Of a DNA stretch of 64,000 bases, positions 26,834 to 35,474 are shown in pieces. Origin of the DNA: an uncultured Pseudomonadales bacterium (lineage in GTDB: Bacteria; Patescibacteriota; Microgenomatia; UBA1400; RBG-16-45-19); the NCBI GenBank assembly GCA_964441155.1, contig CAYYKL010000005.1:4434-68433 (forward strand). The letters are read 5' to 3'. Every line of letters begins with the position of its first letter. Position 1 is the stretch's first letter. The notes under the pieces are model-generated. The model worked only from the letters and a program-made list of their open reading frames with translations. It did no database searches and was not told where the DNA came from. Position numbers and translations under genes: made by a program.

Positions 26834-27088
26834 CTAATAATGATATCGACAGGCAATTATAACTACTACATCTTGTTTAACTTGATAAACCAACCGATGT
26901 TCACTATCAATTCGTCTGGACCAACACCCGTGCAAATTGGCTTTAAGCAACTCTGGTTTCCCTGAGCCAACAAAAGGGTTTTTTGCTGTTTCTTTAATAA
27001 GTGTGTTGATACGTCTCAATTGTTTCTTGTCGGTTGTAAGCCAGTATTGATAGTCACCCCAAGCACGAGGAGTAAAAAGAATATTCAT
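26834..27088 (-). CDS. yoeB: YoeB-family toxin (mRNA interferase)
   Basis: FTPRAWGDYQYW..DKKQLRRINTLIKE..NPFVGSGKPELLKANLHGCWSRRIDSEHRLVY..IIACRYHY. Confidence 0.85.
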   Translation of the reverse strand: MNILFTPRAWGDYQYWLTTDKKQLRRINTLIKETAKNPFVGSGKPELLKANLHGCWSRRIDSEHRLVYQVKQDVVVIIACRYHY

Positions 27089-27097
27089 GCTATAGCA

Positions 27098-27352
27098 CTA
27101 CACTTCAATCAACTTCTTTCGTAATATATTGACTTCACGAACTTGTGCAAGCGACTCAAGAAGATGTTTTTTGTTTGCTTCACTGACTAATAAATAATTC
27201 GTTTCTTGCCAAGCATTGAAGTCGTCAATCGACACCATCACCACATTTTCGCGGTTTTTGCGCGTAACAATTAAGGGCTCCCGATTTTGAAAGACTGAGT
27301 CCATGTGACGTTTGAGATTTTTTCTGAGGTCAGAGTACGTAATTGCGTTCAT
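27098..27352 (-). CDS. yefM: YefM/Phd-family antitoxin
   Basis: MNAITYSDLRKNLKRHMDSV..EPLIVTRKNRENVVMVSIDDFNAWQETNYLL. It lies 10 nt upstream of yoeB. Confidence 0.8.
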   Translation of the reverse strand: MNAITYSDLRKNLKRHMDSVFQNREPLIVTRKNRENVVMVSIDDFNAWQETNYLLVSEANKKHLLESLAQVREVNILRKKLIEV

Positions 27353-27362
27353 AATTACGTAC
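27335..27362. promoter_or_regulatory. palindrome GTACGTAATT-N8-AATTACGTAC spanning the yefM start codon, plus tandem TTGTACG repeats (putative YefM-YoeB operator)
   Basis: 10-bp perfect inverted arms. The TGTAC core recalls characterised yefM operators. A TTGACC-17-TATATT promoter lies immediately upstream on the minus strand (about 27360-27395). Confidence 0.5.
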
Positions 27363-27407
27363 AATATAGCGTACAATTGCTATGTGGTCAATGTGTCGTG
27401 CGAGGAT

Positions 27408-28040
27408 TTAAAGTATCCGTGTCTCAATGGTCTGCCAAATAGCTTCTGCAACAGCATCAAGATCAACGCTCGCATCAATTACCACCCACCGGTTGTGATC
27501 GTTTGATTTAGCCAGACTCAGATAGGCATCTCGCACTTTTTGGTGAAAAGTTTTAGTTTCCATATCCAGGCGATTCGATTCGCCCGTATCGTTGCGGCGT
27601 TTCAAGCCCAAATCAACCGGCACATCCAGAAGCAAGGTTAAATCGGGATAGGTATTATTCGTGGAAATATTGTTGAGATTTTCGATAAGCTCCACCCCAA
27701 AATCGCGCACAATGCCTTGATACACAACCGATGAATCGCGGGTCCTGTCCATAAGCACCACTTTGCCGGCTTTTATGGAAGGCAGCACCAATTCTCGATA
27801 GAGTTGTGCTCGAGCTGCTTGGAATAGCAATACTTCGGCAGTGTAGGCAATGCCGATATTTTTTGCTGAGAGCACCACTTCACGGATTTGTTCCGAGATT
27901 ACCGTGCCACCAGGCTCGCGCACAATCACCACATCGGATCCTGCTTGCGTCAATTTGTCCCGCAAGCGCTTAGTTTGCAGGGTTTTTCCCGCACCCTCTC
28001 CGCCTTCGAATGAAATAAGATAGCCTTTTTGTGTCTTCAT
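27408..28040 (-). CDS. tmk: thymidylate kinase
   Basis: ISFEGGEGAGKT P-loop, REPGGT, and DRTRDSSVVYQG lid. The start is taken at MKTQKG. Confidence 0.85.
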   Translation of the reverse strand: MKTQKGYLISFEGGEGAGKTLQTKRLRDKLTQAGSDVVIVREPGGTVISEQIREVVLSAKNIGIAYTAEVLLFQAARAQLYRELVLPSIKAGKVVLMDRTRDSSVVYQGIVRDFGVELIENLNNISTNNTYPDLTLLLDVPVDLGLKRRNDTGESNRLDMETKTFHQKVRDAYLSLAKSNDHNRWVVIDASVDLDAVAEAIWQTIETRIL

Positions 28041-28096
28041 GAGCGTAATAAAGTGTAACCAAAGAATGCACAAATACCAAGGGCAAATTTTGTTAC

Positions 28097-28660
28097 TTAA
28101 GCAGCGTGCAGTTGACTATAACATTCTTCGCAACTCGCGCCATACAACTCTGCACCGCCCACCACCACTTGTCCCTTCTGTTTTTGTTTGCGATAGCTAA
28201 ACGGCGCTTGTGAAGAGCAACCATCACAACGGGCAAAATGGTGCGTGACTCTACCTCCCTGCTTGTTGGCAATTTCGATCAATTTCAGCGTCGGACCAAA
28301 GGGTTGGCGATGATAATCGAGGTCCAAACCCGCCACGACCACTTTAATGTTTTGAAGATTTAAAGCTTCGATCGTTTGAATAATTGAAGCATCGAAAAAT
28401 TGCACTTCATCGATGAGCGCAACACTCTCGCCATTCAATTTTTCCAACATCTCATTTGGATTGGATTCGTCGACAAATGTGGCTGGAATTCGGGAGCGAT
28501 TGTGACTAATAACTTCCCCATCATCACTAAAGCGCGTATCTAGCTTTGGCTTAAAACAGACTACTGAAACGTTTTGTTGTAAACATTTTTTATATGCCCG
28601 AATCAGCGCGGTCGTCTTACCGCTAAACATTGGTCCGAAGTGAATTGCAAGATTTTTCAT
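28097..28660 (-). CDS. tdk: thymidine kinase
   Basis: GPMFSGKTT, IDEVQFF, and a CDGCSS..CEEC zinc ribbon. Confidence 0.85.
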   Translation of the reverse strand: MKNLAIHFGPMFSGKTTALIRAYKKCLQQNVSVVCFKPKLDTRFSDDGEVISHNRSRIPATFVDESNPNEMLEKLNGESVALIDEVQFFDASIIQTIEALNLQNIKVVVAGLDLDYHRQPFGPTLKLIEIANKQGGRVTHHFARCDGCSSQAPFSYRKQKQKGQVVVGGAELYGASCEECYSQLHAA

Positions 28661-28741
28661 AATCTAAATGAGAGCTGTAATTATTGATTATTGATTTCAC
28701 CTTTTCAATGTAAAAGTTAAGCAGCTGTAGCTCTACCCCCG

Positions 28742-28770
28742 TGACATTATCCCTAATAATCTTGTAAAAT
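28742..28770 (+). promoter_or_regulatory. putative sigma70-type promoter TGACAT-17-TAAAAT directly upstream of the NDT-like gene (near-leaderless)
   Basis: Hexamer spacing is 17 nt and the -10 ends 8 nt before ATG at 28778. No SD sequence is visible. Confidence 0.35.
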
Positions 28771-28777
28771 ACACTTT

Positions 28778-29710
28778 ATGAAAGCATTTATAGCATTGAG
28801 TTTCAAGGATCGAGAAGAGCTAGATTCGGCTATAACACAAATTGAAAATGCATTAAAGAAATTTGGGTATAACGAGGTTGAAGTATTCGTACGGAGACAG
28901 ACAAGTTCATTGGTTTCAAGTCAAGAAATTATGCAAGCGGCGCTACAGCACATTACAGAGAGCCAGCTTGTTGTTGCAGAAATTTCTCACAAAGCAGTTG
29001 GCATTGGAATTGAAGTTGGTCATGCATATGCAAGGCATATTCCAATAATTGGAATTAGACGAGCAGGATCAGTATTATCAACTACTCTCGAGGGAGTATT
29101 AGCAGCCCCTGTCATCGAATATTCCTCAGAAGAAGAAATTCCACACTTGCTTTCGGATGCAATTCAAAGTCTATCTGAATCTAATCAAGAAATAAGGCTT
29201 AAAGAATTAAATACTCACGAACTAGCATTACTTGACTACGTTTTGGATTCATCCCGCTCGTTACTCTTCGAGTTTAATAAAACGACTCATTCCAAACCAA
29301 GTTTTAACATATCCGATCTTACAAATGAAAAAGAAGAAGAAGGTAAGTTATTAGTATTGGCTCGAGAATTTTGCTATGGCCTTAATATGGGGGGAAATGA
29401 TACGCAATTAAGATTTTGGAGACTACTCACATCCGACCTCCCGCCTCTAGAAACAATTAATGAAATTGATCAAATTGGATTATCCCGAGGTGAATCTCCT
29501 TTTCAAATCGCATTAATGTCTGTTCAATTAGCTCTTGGTGAGAGGATGAGAAATCAATACCCTAATCAACAAGAATTGCTCGAGGGAACTGCTGAGATCT
29601 ATAGCTGGCTCTGGAATTCAGAAACGCCCCGAATAAAAATTGATAATGAAGTAAGATTTTTAGAAAGTATTCGAGAGAAAAGCTTAAGCGATCGATCCCG
29701 CAGAATTTAA
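28778..29710 (+). CDS. nucleoside 2-deoxyribosyltransferase-like (NDT/Rcl/DNPH1-fold) N-terminal domain fused to an uncharacterised C-terminal domain of about 190 aa
   Basis: N-terminus MKAFIALSFKD... and VVAEISHKAVGIGIEVGHAYARHIPIIGI match the NDT-family catalytic E.G.A.A...P(V/I)I segment. Confidence 0.55.
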   Translation: MKAFIALSFKDREELDSAITQIENALKKFGYNEVEVFVRRQTSSLVSSQEIMQAALQHITESQLVVAEISHKAVGIGIEVGHAYARHIPIIGIRRAGSVLSTTLEGVLAAPVIEYSSEEEIPHLLSDAIQSLSESNQEIRLKELNTHELALLDYVLDSSRSLLFEFNKTTHSKPSFNISDLTNEKEEEGKLLVLAREFCYGLNMGGNDTQLRFWRLLTSDLPPLETINEIDQIGLSRGESPFQIALMSVQLALGERMRNQYPNQQELLEGTAEIYSWLWNSETPRIKIDNEVRFLESIREKSLSDRSRRI

Positions 29711-29741
29711 ACTATTTCCAAACAAATATTGCACATTATAT

Positions 29742-31361
29742 GTGTATAAGGTACAATACCGCGGTATTTATTATAGGTTTCTTATGGCTGCAGAAATTGT
29801 GATCGCTCAAGAAGCTAACATCTATTCAAAGTCTGATAGGTATTCGGGTCTCCTACCTGATTATTACACCAATCTTGAAAGGTTTATAGGAGATTCAGAT
29901 AGATCAAAATGGCTATCCCTAAGAAAGGGTTATGATCATTTAGCATTACCCTATCACGAAGGTCCATATGACTTGGTAGTGGTGAATACTCCATCTTCAT
30001 ATGAGCAGGGTGCTGTACCCACAAAAGAAGAACCACCTTTTGGAGCAATCAGATGCGTGGCTACTGCTAATTCAGCCGGGTTGATAGCGGGTTTACTCGA
30101 TGCTCATGCACTTAATATGGATTTAGAGCAAATTCGAGCGCAGCTTGAACTTTTGCAGCCTAGAATTGTCGGTATAAACCCCACATCAGTTAATGTTGCT
30201 GTAGGAAAAGCTTTGGCAAAATTGCTTGATGAAATGAGAGTTGACTATGTTGTGGGAGGTATTCATGCAACCATGGACCCTGCCAGAGCACGCGCTGATT
30301 TTCGATCAGCATACGCCATAATCAAGGGTGACGGTGAATTGGCATTACCCGCAGTTGTTAGACACGCAAAAGATGGTACTTCAATCACTGCTGGAACATT
30401 TTTGAGGAATCAAGATCTTACTCTAAGTTTGTATTTGCCCTATGCACCCAAAATTGATATCGGTGAGTTACCGATAATACCCCAAGAAAAATACGTGCAA
30501 TATCCCCTCGTTGAACAAATAATCGATTTTCGCGGGGAACCCAGAAAAGTCTTAGAAGCTAGTTCCTACATGACTAGAGGATGTCCTTTTGAATGTGGAT
30601 TCTGCTCTTCGCCAGTAATGGTTGGTAGAGGCCTCAAAGGAGTGCGTCCTTATGATCACCCGGGAATGAGCAAAGTTGTTGATGAAGTAGAAAGATTAAT
30701 AGGAATTGGTGCAGATGCCATTCATTTTCTGGATGATATGGTGATGGTTAAACCTGCAGATATTGAAGCATTTCATGATATTGCAGAACAAAGAGGAATT
30801 CTTGGAAAATTCGCGTGGCGTGGCATGACTCGTGCCCCAGTTGTCTCAAGAAATACATTCACCCCTGAAATAACTGGGAAATTAGCTGAAAGTGGCTGCT
30901 GGCGAATGACGCTAGGTGTAGAAAGCGGCAATGACCAAGTACTAGCAGCAATCAAAAAACAAATAACCACTAATGACGTTAGAGAAGCTGTCAGAAAGCT
31001 TGTGGGTGCGGGAATACAAGTAAAGGCTTTTTTCATTATGGGTTTTCCAGGGGAAACATATGAGCAAATGCTTGACACCAACAGGTTTGTCATGGAGCTG
31101 AAAAAGATGGGTTTAGGAAGTATCTCTATTTTCCAATTTAAACCATATCCAGGAACTATGTTGTGGGAAAAAATTGAGAAAGAAAACCCTGATGCATTAA
31201 CGCATCTTGACTACATTGGTGGAGATGCCCGTAGTGAAGTCGGTGGCAAAAGAGGTATTCAAGGTGTTTATTTGCCTGATGATTTGGTGATCGCGGATGG
31301 AGTGTCTAGCGGCAGAGTAAGAGAACTTGTTCAAACAACATTAGCAGATTTTTTTAGCTAA
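29742..31361 (+). CDS. cobalamin-binding (class B) radical SAM enzyme
   Basis: YMTRGCPFECGFCSS (CxxxCxxC) is preceded by a Rossmann-like B12-binding region of about 250 aa. An alternative start at MAAEIV (29784) is possible. Confidence 0.7.
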   Translation: MYKVQYRGIYYRFLMAAEIVIAQEANIYSKSDRYSGLLPDYYTNLERFIGDSDRSKWLSLRKGYDHLALPYHEGPYDLVVVNTPSSYEQGAVPTKEEPPFGAIRCVATANSAGLIAGLLDAHALNMDLEQIRAQLELLQPRIVGINPTSVNVAVGKALAKLLDEMRVDYVVGGIHATMDPARARADFRSAYAIIKGDGELALPAVVRHAKDGTSITAGTFLRNQDLTLSLYLPYAPKIDIGELPIIPQEKYVQYPLVEQIIDFRGEPRKVLEASSYMTRGCPFECGFCSSPVMVGRGLKGVRPYDHPGMSKVVDEVERLIGIGADAIHFLDDMVMVKPADIEAFHDIAEQRGILGKFAWRGMTRAPVVSRNTFTPEITGKLAESGCWRMTLGVESGNDQVLAAIKKQITTNDVREAVRKLVGAGIQVKAFFIMGFPGETYEQMLDTNRFVMELKKMGLGSISIFQFKPYPGTMLWEKIEKENPDALTHLDYIGGDARSEVGGKRGIQGVYLPDDLVIADGVSSGRVRELVQTTLADFFS

Positions 31362-31366
31362 ATCCT

Positions 31367-31999
31367 ATGAGTGGCATTGCGCTTGTATCTGGAATCAATT
31401 CTGTAGGCAAAGGTGAAGTATGTAGAATATTAGCTAGATTGATTCCGAATTCTCGACATTTAAGTCTATCAGGATTGATGAAAGATCTTGGTGCTCTTGA
31501 TGGTCACCATTCTCTTGGCAGCATGGGAATAGAGGAAAGAAATATTTTAAGGCGAAATGCACTGGATTTAGTAAGAACAGCAAGTGAAAATCATTCTGTG
31601 CTTTTAGATTCTCATTTTGTGTTTGAAGATGGGGAAAGATCAGATTTCTCAAGAATAAGAAGTGCTACCGCCCAAATCGTTTTAGTCGGATCTTCTCCAC
31701 AAACAATTCGCAGTAGGCTATCTTATGATCCAGAAATAAATCAAAGGCCAGCCAGGATTGCACTATTAGGTTTTACTGATCAAGAAATTACCGATTACAT
31801 TTGCGCAGACGAAAGAGAGGCAAAGATTTTTGCATCACTTCAGAATCCAACTATACCTCTTGTTCGAATAGATAACGATTTCCCTTCTATTCCCATGCTT
31901 GAAGACTATCTGACACAAATATCTCCAGAGTTGCTAGACAACTTTCACCGACCCTCCAATGAGGGTATTGAGGGCCCACCCAGACTATTGAGAAGATGA
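31367..31999 (+). CDS. P-loop kinase-like protein with atypical Walker A (GINSVGKGE)
   Basis: IALVSGINSVGKGEVCRILARL near the N-terminus. 210 aa, the size range of nucleoside and nucleotide kinases. Assignment is weak. Confidence 0.35.
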   Translation: MSGIALVSGINSVGKGEVCRILARLIPNSRHLSLSGLMKDLGALDGHHSLGSMGIEERNILRRNALDLVRTASENHSVLLDSHFVFEDGERSDFSRIRSATAQIVLVGSSPQTIRSRLSYDPEINQRPARIALLGFTDQEITDYICADEREAKIFASLQNPTIPLVRIDNDFPSIPMLEDYLTQISPELLDNFHRPSNEGIEGPPRLLRR

Positions 32000-32056
32000 T
32001 TTTTTGATAGTCGTCCCAAAAGCACACAAGGATACTTTCAATTTGTCAAATTAAGC

Positions 32057-34249
32057 CTAATTGGTGGAATTTGAGTTTTCTTCTGCCTGAGGATTTTTGC
32101 GTGGATCTGACCAACTGGCCCAAGTGCATTTGGGGTAGGCAGAACAGCCAAAAAACATTCTTCCCTTTTTGGTGCGCTTGATAACCACTTCTGCCCCACA
32201 ATCAGGACAAGGGAAGTTTTCGATTTTCTCAACATATTGCTTGGTGTATTTGCATTCAGGGAATTTGTCACAGGCAAAAAACTTGCCAAAGCGGCCGGTT
32301 TTGATGATCACATTCCCCTCGTTGCAAGTCGGGCATTTTTCGCCCGTCATCACCACAGGGACATCAATTCGCTCGGCTGTTTCGCCAACTTCCTCAAGTT
32401 TTTTGGCAAACGGGCCATAAAAATCTTCAATCAATACTTTCCAATCTTTGCCTCCCTCGGCAATGCGGTCCAAGTCTGCTTCCATCTGGGCAGTAAAGTC
32501 ATAATCCAAAATCTCACCAAAATATTTTAGTAAGAATTCGATCACCGACTCAGCAATCGACGTTGGCTCAAAGCGTTTGTCGTTACGCTCGACATACCCA
32601 CGGTCAACCAATACACTAATAATCGATGCATAGGTGCTCGGCCGGCCAATACCCCGGGCTTCAAGCTCTTTAATGAGCGACGCATCGTTAAATCGTGGAG
32701 GCGCTTGGGTAAATTTTTGCGCTGCAGCCAAATCTTTCAAGCCCAAATCTTGCTTTTCTTTCACCTCAGGCAGCATCGCATCATCGCCCGTAGAGCTTCG
32801 CACCTCGGACCCCGAACCCTGATACACCGCCAGCCACCCTGCAAATTTCAAAATACTGCCTGAAGCTCGCAAGCCATATCTTTGCTTCCCGACTGCCTCA
32901 ACTTCAATGGTTGTTTGATCGTACACGGCGGGCACCATTTGACTGGCCAACAAGCGCTGGCGAACAAGGGCATAGAGCTTGGTGTGAGAAACGGTTTCTC
33001 CCCCGTTGACATTATCCAAGGAAATATTGGTCATATTGGTCGGACGGATAGCTTCATGCGCTTCTTGAGCACTTTTTGATTTAGTTTTGAACGCATTTGG
33101 TTTGCTGGGCAAATAACTGGGGCCATACTCTTGAGTGATAAATTCTCGAGCTGCAGTGACAGCACTAATCGCCAGATTGAGTGAGTCAGTGCGGTGATAG
33201 GTGATGTATCCGGCTTCATAGAGTTGCTGGGCAATGCGCATCGTTTGTTTGCCCGACCAACCAAAACGCCTGGCAGCAGTTTGCTGCAAAGTGCTGGTCG
33301 TAAATGGCGGTGGACTAGAGCGCCGGCGCTCTTTGCGCTCAATGGCGCTCACTGCATATTTTGCAGTTTTAAGGTCATCAATAATCGGTTGGGCAATTTT
33401 TTCAGAATCAAGGCGAAATTCTGATTCTGCTTTATCCGTCACTTTTTTAGTTTGGTCAGACAACCGTGCTTTGTTGGGATCATCATCTACCGCAATTTTT
33501 TTGCCATTCACTTCGGCGAGTGATGCCACAAATTCTCCTGCTTGGGGGACATAATCGGCAAAAGTCTGAGAAACTGATTTAATCGATTTGGATGGTGAAT
33601 TATTGACATCAAGCAATGCCTGTACTTCCCAGTATTCTTTTGGTTTGTAGGCTTTGATCTGTGCTTCACGCTCCACAATCATGCGCAGCGCCACCGATTG
33701 CACTCGCCCAGCAGACAGACCGCGCTGGATTTTGCGCCACAATAGAGGCGAAAGTTTGTAGCCTACCAATCGATCGAGCACTCGTCGGGCTTGTTGCGCA
33801 TCAACCAGCGCCACATTAAGTGCACCCCTCGATTTCAATGCTGAAAGAATTGCTTCTTTGGTGATTTCGTGAAACGTCACTCGTTGAAACTTTGAATCTT
33901 CTTTTTTAGGGGCCAATCCTTTGGCTGATTTTTTGGTTTTGGATTTTTTCTCGGGCTCTTTGAGCAAATAAAGCAGATGCCAGGCAATTGCCTCACCTTC
34001 GCGGTCAGGGTCCATCGCGAGAATAGTATACTCAGCCTCCTGAGACAGTTTTTTCAGTTTGCCGACAATTTTGGCCTTGCCTCTAACCTGGATATATTCA
34101 GGTTCAAAGTGGTGATCAACATCAACGCCTAGTTTGCTCTTAGGCAAATCGCGCAAATGCCCCATGCTGGCTTCGACCTGAAAACCCTTGCCTAAATATT
34201 TTTTAAGGGTTTTGGCTTTGGTGGGTGATTCAACGATGACTAGTTGCAT
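32057..34249 (-). CDS. topA: DNA topoisomerase I
   Basis: MQLVIVESPTKAKTL Toprim N-terminus and C-terminal tandem C4 zinc ribbons (CPTC..C..C, CPDC..C..C); 730 aa. Confidence 0.9.
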   Translation of the reverse strand: MQLVIVESPTKAKTLKKYLGKGFQVEASMGHLRDLPKSKLGVDVDHHFEPEYIQVRGKAKIVGKLKKLSQEAEYTILAMDPDREGEAIAWHLLYLLKEPEKKSKTKKSAKGLAPKKEDSKFQRVTFHEITKEAILSALKSRGALNVALVDAQQARRVLDRLVGYKLSPLLWRKIQRGLSAGRVQSVALRMIVEREAQIKAYKPKEYWEVQALLDVNNSPSKSIKSVSQTFADYVPQAGEFVASLAEVNGKKIAVDDDPNKARLSDQTKKVTDKAESEFRLDSEKIAQPIIDDLKTAKYAVSAIERKERRRSSPPPFTTSTLQQTAARRFGWSGKQTMRIAQQLYEAGYITYHRTDSLNLAISAVTAAREFITQEYGPSYLPSKPNAFKTKSKSAQEAHEAIRPTNMTNISLDNVNGGETVSHTKLYALVRQRLLASQMVPAVYDQTTIEVEAVGKQRYGLRASGSILKFAGWLAVYQGSGSEVRSSTGDDAMLPEVKEKQDLGLKDLAAAQKFTQAPPRFNDASLIKELEARGIGRPSTYASIISVLVDRGYVERNDKRFEPTSIAESVIEFLLKYFGEILDYDFTAQMEADLDRIAEGGKDWKVLIEDFYGPFAKKLEEVGETAERIDVPVVMTGEKCPTCNEGNVIIKTGRFGKFFACDKFPECKYTKQYVEKIENFPCPDCGAEVVIKRTKKGRMFFGCSAYPKCTWASWSDPRKNPQAEENSNSTN

Positions 34250-34382
34250 ATTTTAGACATTAGACTTTAGTATTTTGACACTTTAGGAAATACCGAATTA
34301 TTACTAGGACAATAATTGTGTGTGTATCCAAGCACTCACAATAGCACTAAATCTACACCACCTGTCAATGACAAGATCTTTT

Positions 34383-35474
34383 TTATGTCAGGCGCCACTG
34401 ATTACCTTCTTGTTTTATTACTGATGCAAGCTCCATAAGTGTCAATTCGCTAGTAAGTTCATAAATCGGCACTCCGAGTGATCGAGCAAGCTCATCTCCA
34501 GTTTGTGGATCGCGCTGCAGCTTTTCATAGATGCGCTGTTGTAGTGGATTATCTAAATCAACTATTTTAAGCGTTACTTGCTTTGCATACATGCTCCTCA
34601 GACCTAACTCGCTCAAAATATCTTGAGCGTTCGTGACCAGTTTTGCACCAGATTTGAGCAAGTGAGTCGGAGCGTGATTCAAGGCACTGGTGATTGGCCC
34701 GGGCACAGCAAAAACTGGTTTTCCCAATTTTTGCGCTGCACTTGCGGTGATTAGCGCTCCACTTCCGACGGCTCCCTCGGTGACCAAAACTCCCTGTGAC
34801 AGCATGGCAATCCATTCGTCTCGAGCCACAAAATGACCTCTCGATGGTGGCTCACCGGGTGGAAATGCCGAAACCAGCGCTCCATTTTTTATTATTTGCC
34901 TGGCCAGTTTCTCATTACCTGAAGGATAGACTCTGTCTAAGCCATGAGCCAAAACCGCAATGGTTCTTCCACCCATATCAAGGGCTGCTTGATGAGCCTG
35001 AGCATCAATGCCATAAGCTAGCCCAGATACAATCGTGATTCCTTGAGTTGCCAGCTCCCCGGCAATCAAGCGCGTGACTTCCAAACCGTAGCTAGTCGGC
35101 TTGCGCGTGCCCACTACAGCAATTGCTTGCACATCACGAGGAAGCAAACTTCCCTTGATATACAAAACAGGCGGTGATTGCAAAATGGTGGTCAGGCATA
35201 TGGGGTAGTCTTCATCTATATCTTTAACCACAACTGCGACTTCGAATCGTTCTAATATGTCTTTAATTGCTTGAATTGAAAAACTAGCAACCGTTTTCTT
35301 AAGCGTGTCTACAACTTTTTTGGGTAAAAATTGAACCAAAGTTACATCATCTGTCTCAAATATTTTTTGAGCAGAGCCGAACTCGGTTAGTAATTGAGTG
35401 AAGCGCGCAACTCCAATTCCGGGCGTTTGCCACAAAGCGACCCGATACCATTTTTCTTGCGTGGTAACGTCCAT
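34383..35474 (-). CDS. dprA: DNA processing protein DprA/Smf
   Basis: VVGTRKPTSYG, GLAYGIDAQAHQAALDMGGRTIAVLAHGLD and LVTEGAVGSGALITAS. The start at 35474 overlaps the mrdA stop (TAATG); the ORF track extends with a spurious Arg-rich N-terminus. Confidence 0.85.
   Translation of the reverse strand: MDVTTQEKWYRVALWQTPGIGVARFTQLLTEFGSAQKIFETDDVTLVQFLPKKVVDTLKKTVASFSIQAIKDILERFEVAVVVKDIDEDYPICLTTILQSPPVLYIKGSLLPRDVQAIAVVGTRKPTSYGLEVTRLIAGELATQGITIVSGLAYGIDAQAHQAALDMGGRTIAVLAHGLDRVYPSGNEKLARQIIKNGALVSAFPPGEPPSRGHFVARDEWIAMLSQGVLVTEGAVGSGALITASAAQKLGKPVFAVPGPITSALNHAPTHLLKSGAKLVTNAQDILSELGLRSMYAKQVTLKIVDLDNPLQQRIYEKLQRDPQTGDELARSLGVPIYELTSELTLMELASVIKQEGNQWRLT

Noticed and set aside
29742-31361. 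Radical SAM enzyme as a prokaryotic viperin (ddhNTP synthase)
   Set aside because: Viperins lack the long N-terminal cobalamin-binding domain and have a CxxxCxxC near the N-terminus. This protein is class B (B12-rSAM) architecture.
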